DNA of 63,684 nucleotides, the filler included, from Collodictyon triciliatum (taxonomy: Eukaryota), in assembly GCA_043381765.1 (NCBI GenBank). It is 5 parts of 5 records of this genome, joined end to end, with 100 filler letters (N's around TTAATTAATTAA, not from the genome) between each part and the next. Parts side by side here need not be neighbours in the genome. Positions count along the whole stretch, not along the records: positions 59,606 to 63,684 come from JBHJMP010000010.1; 4 more parts are not named here. One strand, given 5' to 3'. Shown here piece by piece: positions 59,737 to 63,684 of this stretch. Made by a program: the position numbers and the translations under genes. The number at the start of each line of letters is the position of its first letter. Position 1 is the first letter of the stretch. The notes under the pieces were generated by a model that saw only the letters and a list, made by a program, of their open reading frames with translations, was not told the origin of the DNA and ran no database searches.

Positions 59737-62700
59737 GACCCCCAAGCCTGGAAAGAACTTGTTGATTTTCAAGACCAATTCATGGAATTTCATGGTAGAA
59801 CAGCTATCGGTTCAATAAATGAAAAAAAGGTACATGTGTATATATCTTTCTTAAGCTGCTCTGCCTCTGAATATTTATTTTTTGGTTATATGTGCGAATT
59901 TTTCTATACCCTAGTATGATAAAAAAAATTTTACTTAAATAACACTAATTCCTATAATATATGTCGTGGGGCTAAGATTCGTTTTCAAATTAGATTTCTA
60001 TCTACGAGAGAGCTATCAAAGAAAATCCCAATTCTGAAGATTTACTTATTGAATACCTGAAGCTTTGCACCGTCACTCTCGAGTGATTAAATTATTAAAA
60101 TATTTAGACGATAGATTTTTCCTCCGTCTAAGTTTTTCGTTTCTTTTTTAAAAATTGTACCTTTTCCCCTTATTCATCGCTTCTTTCTATTTTCTATTTA
60201 TTTCATTACAGGCCTAATAAGGTGTCTAAACTTTGGGAGCAGACTGTATTTCAACACACAGATTTACCCCGATTATGGTCCGCCTATGTAGCCTACAAAT
60301 GCTCTAATTTCTCTTCATTTTCTATCTCGTCCATGAGGAATCTTTTTAGCTCGGCACTACAGATGATTTTTGAAAATGGATACGAAGGTTTGGAAGATGC
60401 TTCTTCTTCTTCTTCTTCTTCTTCTTCTTCTTCTTCTTCTTCTTCTTCTTCTTCTTCTTCTTCTTCTTCTTCTTCTTCTTCTTCTTCTTCTTCTTNNNNN
60501 NNNNNNNNNNNNNNNNNNNNNNNNNNNNNNNNNNNNNNNNNNNNNNNNNNNNNNNNNNNNNNNNNNNNNNNNNNNNNNNNNNNNNNNNNNNNNNNTCTTC
60601 TTCTTCTTCTTCTTCTTCTTCTTCTTCTTCTTCTTCTTCTTCTTCTTCTTCTTCTTCTTCTTCTTCTTTTTCCTCTTCTTCCTCTTCTTCCTCTTCTTCC
60701 TCTTCTTCCTCTTATTCCTCTTCTTCAAATAATCTAACTTTCAGGTTATTTTATTTTTATGTTTTTTTCCTCTATTAGATTCAAAGTATTTTAGTTTTAT
60801 GATCAAATATTTTTGCTGTTGTAGAATCAAGCATGTCGGCGGGATACGATTTAGAGAAATTTTTGCTTAGCATATTTATAAGAAGTTGTGTCATGGACAA
60901 GCAGGTATGAAATGTTAAAATATCTTATCCTTTTTGTATAGCTTTACATAACACTTTATGGTTTGCCAATCATCGAGCTGCTAGAAATAATCATTTTTAG
61001 ATTATCTTCCAGAGATTCACAATATATTAGAGTTTTGTTCTTTTAAAAGAACCGAGTTTCCTTTTTCAATTCATTCCATAAGGCCGGGCACTCGGAAAAA
61101 GCAGTTGGGAAATTTCAGGCACTTATCGAATTCGTATGGTTTAAACCTGCTCATATCAAAAGCAATCAACAAGTCCTGCGATTGTTTCAGGATTTTTGGG
61201 AATCTGGAGTCCCCAAAGTAGGCGATGAAGGTGCTAAAGGATTTTCGTATTGGTTTGGTGCTCAGACACACGTGCAACCAAACCCTATACCTAAGGATGT
61301 TGTATGCTTTATAAATTCACTTTACTTCAGCTGTACATTAATATCACAAATGATTCAAACATATCCATAAGCAACATATTTTGTACATTATGTTTCAGTA
61401 TTATTTGTATGGCTGATTGTTCACATTTAATGTAATATCCATCCTAGGAGGTTGACGAAACTCAAGATTCTGATATTCTTGTAGAACCTATCAACTGGTC
61501 AGGATGGATTGAAAAGGTATCAAAGATAAAAGATCACATTATATGTAAAAGAAGAAGAAAAACTATAAGAAATTTTTGTCAAGCTTCACTAAAATGAGAA
61601 TTTAATCCAATTAAATTCACTAACCCAGAGAAAAAAAATTAACTGCTTGTAGGAAGATTTGCTAGAGAAAATTCACTGGAAGCCGTTAGCGCTGGGAGGT
61701 AATCCAGATGAAGTTGATGATGAGGACCGAATTGTACCATTTGAAATAGTATGGTGATGTAAAATAATTTGACATAACCCCCTTTACTTAATCAAGGCTA
61801 GTAACAAGCTTTTCTGTTCGGTATTTATATATCGACTCACATTTTCGCTATTTATGTCACAACTTTCCTCCTTTATTTGCCTTTTTTTTTGTTCATAGGT
61901 GCAAGATTTTTTGTTTGCTATAAACAACGAGCAACTCAAAGTTGAACTGGTTCTTGTATTTCTGGAGTTTCTTGGGGTTCCCCTACCACCACGAAGATCT
62001 ACATCTGATTATTTGTCAAAAGAGCGAGGTTCATTCAATGCAATTGTTTGTTTGTTTTTTGGACTACTGTATGAGATTTCTAATCAAGACCATTTATTAG
62101 TTATCGAACGTGAGAACTTTGATGATATTCCTGCTCTTATATCGTCACCTAGTCGCCACAAAATTGATATGAATTCTTACCGAACTCTAGCAGATGCGCG
62201 ATTGGTCCCATTCGTGCAGTTTGCCTTATTTATTTTATTCATGTACCTTGCGGTTCGTGTCTTGTTTTCTTTCTCTTCTTTTTTCTCTTCTTTTTTCTCT
62301 TCTTTTTTCTCTTCTTTTTTCTCTTCTTTTTTCTCTTCTTTTTTCTCTTCTTTTTTCTCTTCTTTTTTCTCTTCTTTTTATTTTATTTTAATTTTAATTT
62401 TAATTACACCATCTATACATCATGATAGGAATGTTCTTTATCTATGTCGTCAGGCACATCCCGACAATACCCAACTTTGCGAAATGCAAATATGGGTGGA
62501 CAGTTTTGGTGAGATAAGGAAAGCAAGGAAATCATGTAAAACCCTGTTGAAAGGTTAAAGATTTAGTGGGCACTATTGGCTCTTTTTCTTTTTTTTTTCT
62601 TTTTTTTCCTTTATTCGATTCAAAGTGGGCACTATTAGCTTACTTGTTTGTTTGTATTACCATGGATAGTATATATGTATATCGCTTTGCTTTGAAATAG

Positions 62701-63337
62701 GTCCCATTTTTTTGATTCGCAATATCTTATCCTTTATTCCATTCAAGGTAGTTATTATTTTATTCATAGAGCATCGCGAAAGTCTTACACTATGGAATGC
62801 GTATGCGTGTTTGGAATGCAAGCACCAGAATATTCAAGAAGTATTATTAATTTTCTTCCTTTGACATGCTATAATCATGTATCCGATGTAATTCATAAAT
62901 GTAGGCTTTACGCATCTATGATACAGCATTGATGTCTATATCGACCATGAAATCCGTTGAGGTTTTATTTTATTATAAAAATGTGTGGAAAAATCCCATA
63001 GACTCCCATTACAACCCAACTAAAAATGAGTGCGTGATTTGTATTATGGTTCGCTGGGTTAAAAATCGCACGATTGAGATTAACGGAATACATCAATTTT
63101 TACCATATAACGCACCAGTCTCTTAAATTTTAAAGTTTTCACCAGCGCCAAGATGTGTACATGATATTCTGGAAATATGCTGAGTTGTACATAGAACATG
63201 CTCCGGAATCTGGCTTGACGCCTGTTCTACATATCCTCTGCTCTGCTGTCGATCGATCTTTCTCTCCTTTGAATCTGGACCCGAGCATCGAAAAGTCGTC
63301 CCTCACCCCTGCTACTCGCATTCTTAAATGCAAAAAG
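59737..63337 (+). CDS. NRDE2: NRDE2 nuclear RNAi/exosome regulator homolog (HAT/TPR-like), partial at both ends
   Basis: DPQAWKELVDFQD, EKKISIYERAIKENP, LWSAY, AGHSEKAVGKFQALIEF, FQDFWESGVPKVGDEGAKGF, HWKP...DEDRIVPFE, FLEFLGVP, LWNAYACLE. Confidence 0.88.
62565..62640 (-). mobile_element. Very short retroposed insert with 17-bp TSD (1 mismatch), in an NRDE2 intron
   Basis: agtgggcactattggct [T-rich tail cctttattcgattcaa] agtgggcactattagct. Confidence 0.8.
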
Positions 63338-63684
63338 GTAGAGCTTGAACACCCTCTTTGTCTGATTTAAGATATTATCTATGTTTGGGGGTGCAAACTC
63401 ATTTTCATGGATAAATGCGACATGATTGTTTGTTTTGTTTTGTTTTGTTTTGTTTTGTTTTGTTTTGTTTTGTTTTGTTTTGTTTTGTTTTGTTTTGTTT
63501 TGTTTTGTTTTGTTTTGTTTTGTTTTGTTTGGATACTTCGTCGATAAATTCAAGATATTAGAAAAGTAACCCGCCTACATATCAACTAGATTTATAGAGA
63601 ACTTTCTGCTTCATTCAAACCCAATCTCGGACGTGACGGGCTTTTCTTCTACATTTGCTACATGTGGTTTGATTATTTGGTAAT

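Overview
This is intron-rich, AT-rich eukaryotic (protist-like) genomic DNA with many microsatellites. Four artificial N44-TTAATTAATTAA-N44 linkers show that the window is five concatenated scaffolds (about 1-18317, 18418-24859, 24960-44054, 44155-59505, 59606-63684), so gene order across them means nothing. Genes assembled by hand from GT-AG exon chains are: adenylate kinase; a DUF4050/Gag1-clamp-like protein; a Cys-rich multi-pass membrane protein; tRNA-Gly(TCC); a multi-TM adenylyl cyclase with two catalytic domains; R3HCC1-like and R3H-SUZ RNA-binding proteins; a formin; a truncated dynein-heavy-chain-like protein; two TKL-like pseudokinases; HPRT; a C2CD3-like protein; and NRDE2. Three observations stand out. 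(1) The formin N-terminus is a TOM1/GGA-like VHS-GAT module plus a UBA domain, joined in frame to FH1-FH2, which suggests a ubiquitin/endosome-targeted actin nucleator. (2) A ~1176-aa mini-dynein has only linker, AAA1, AAA2 and a degenerate AAA3, and it is transcribed divergently from that formin. (3) A family of very short retroposed inserts (about 11-33 nt plus an A-tail) has 17-19 bp target-site duplications. All domain calls come from motif recognition by eye; no database searches were run.
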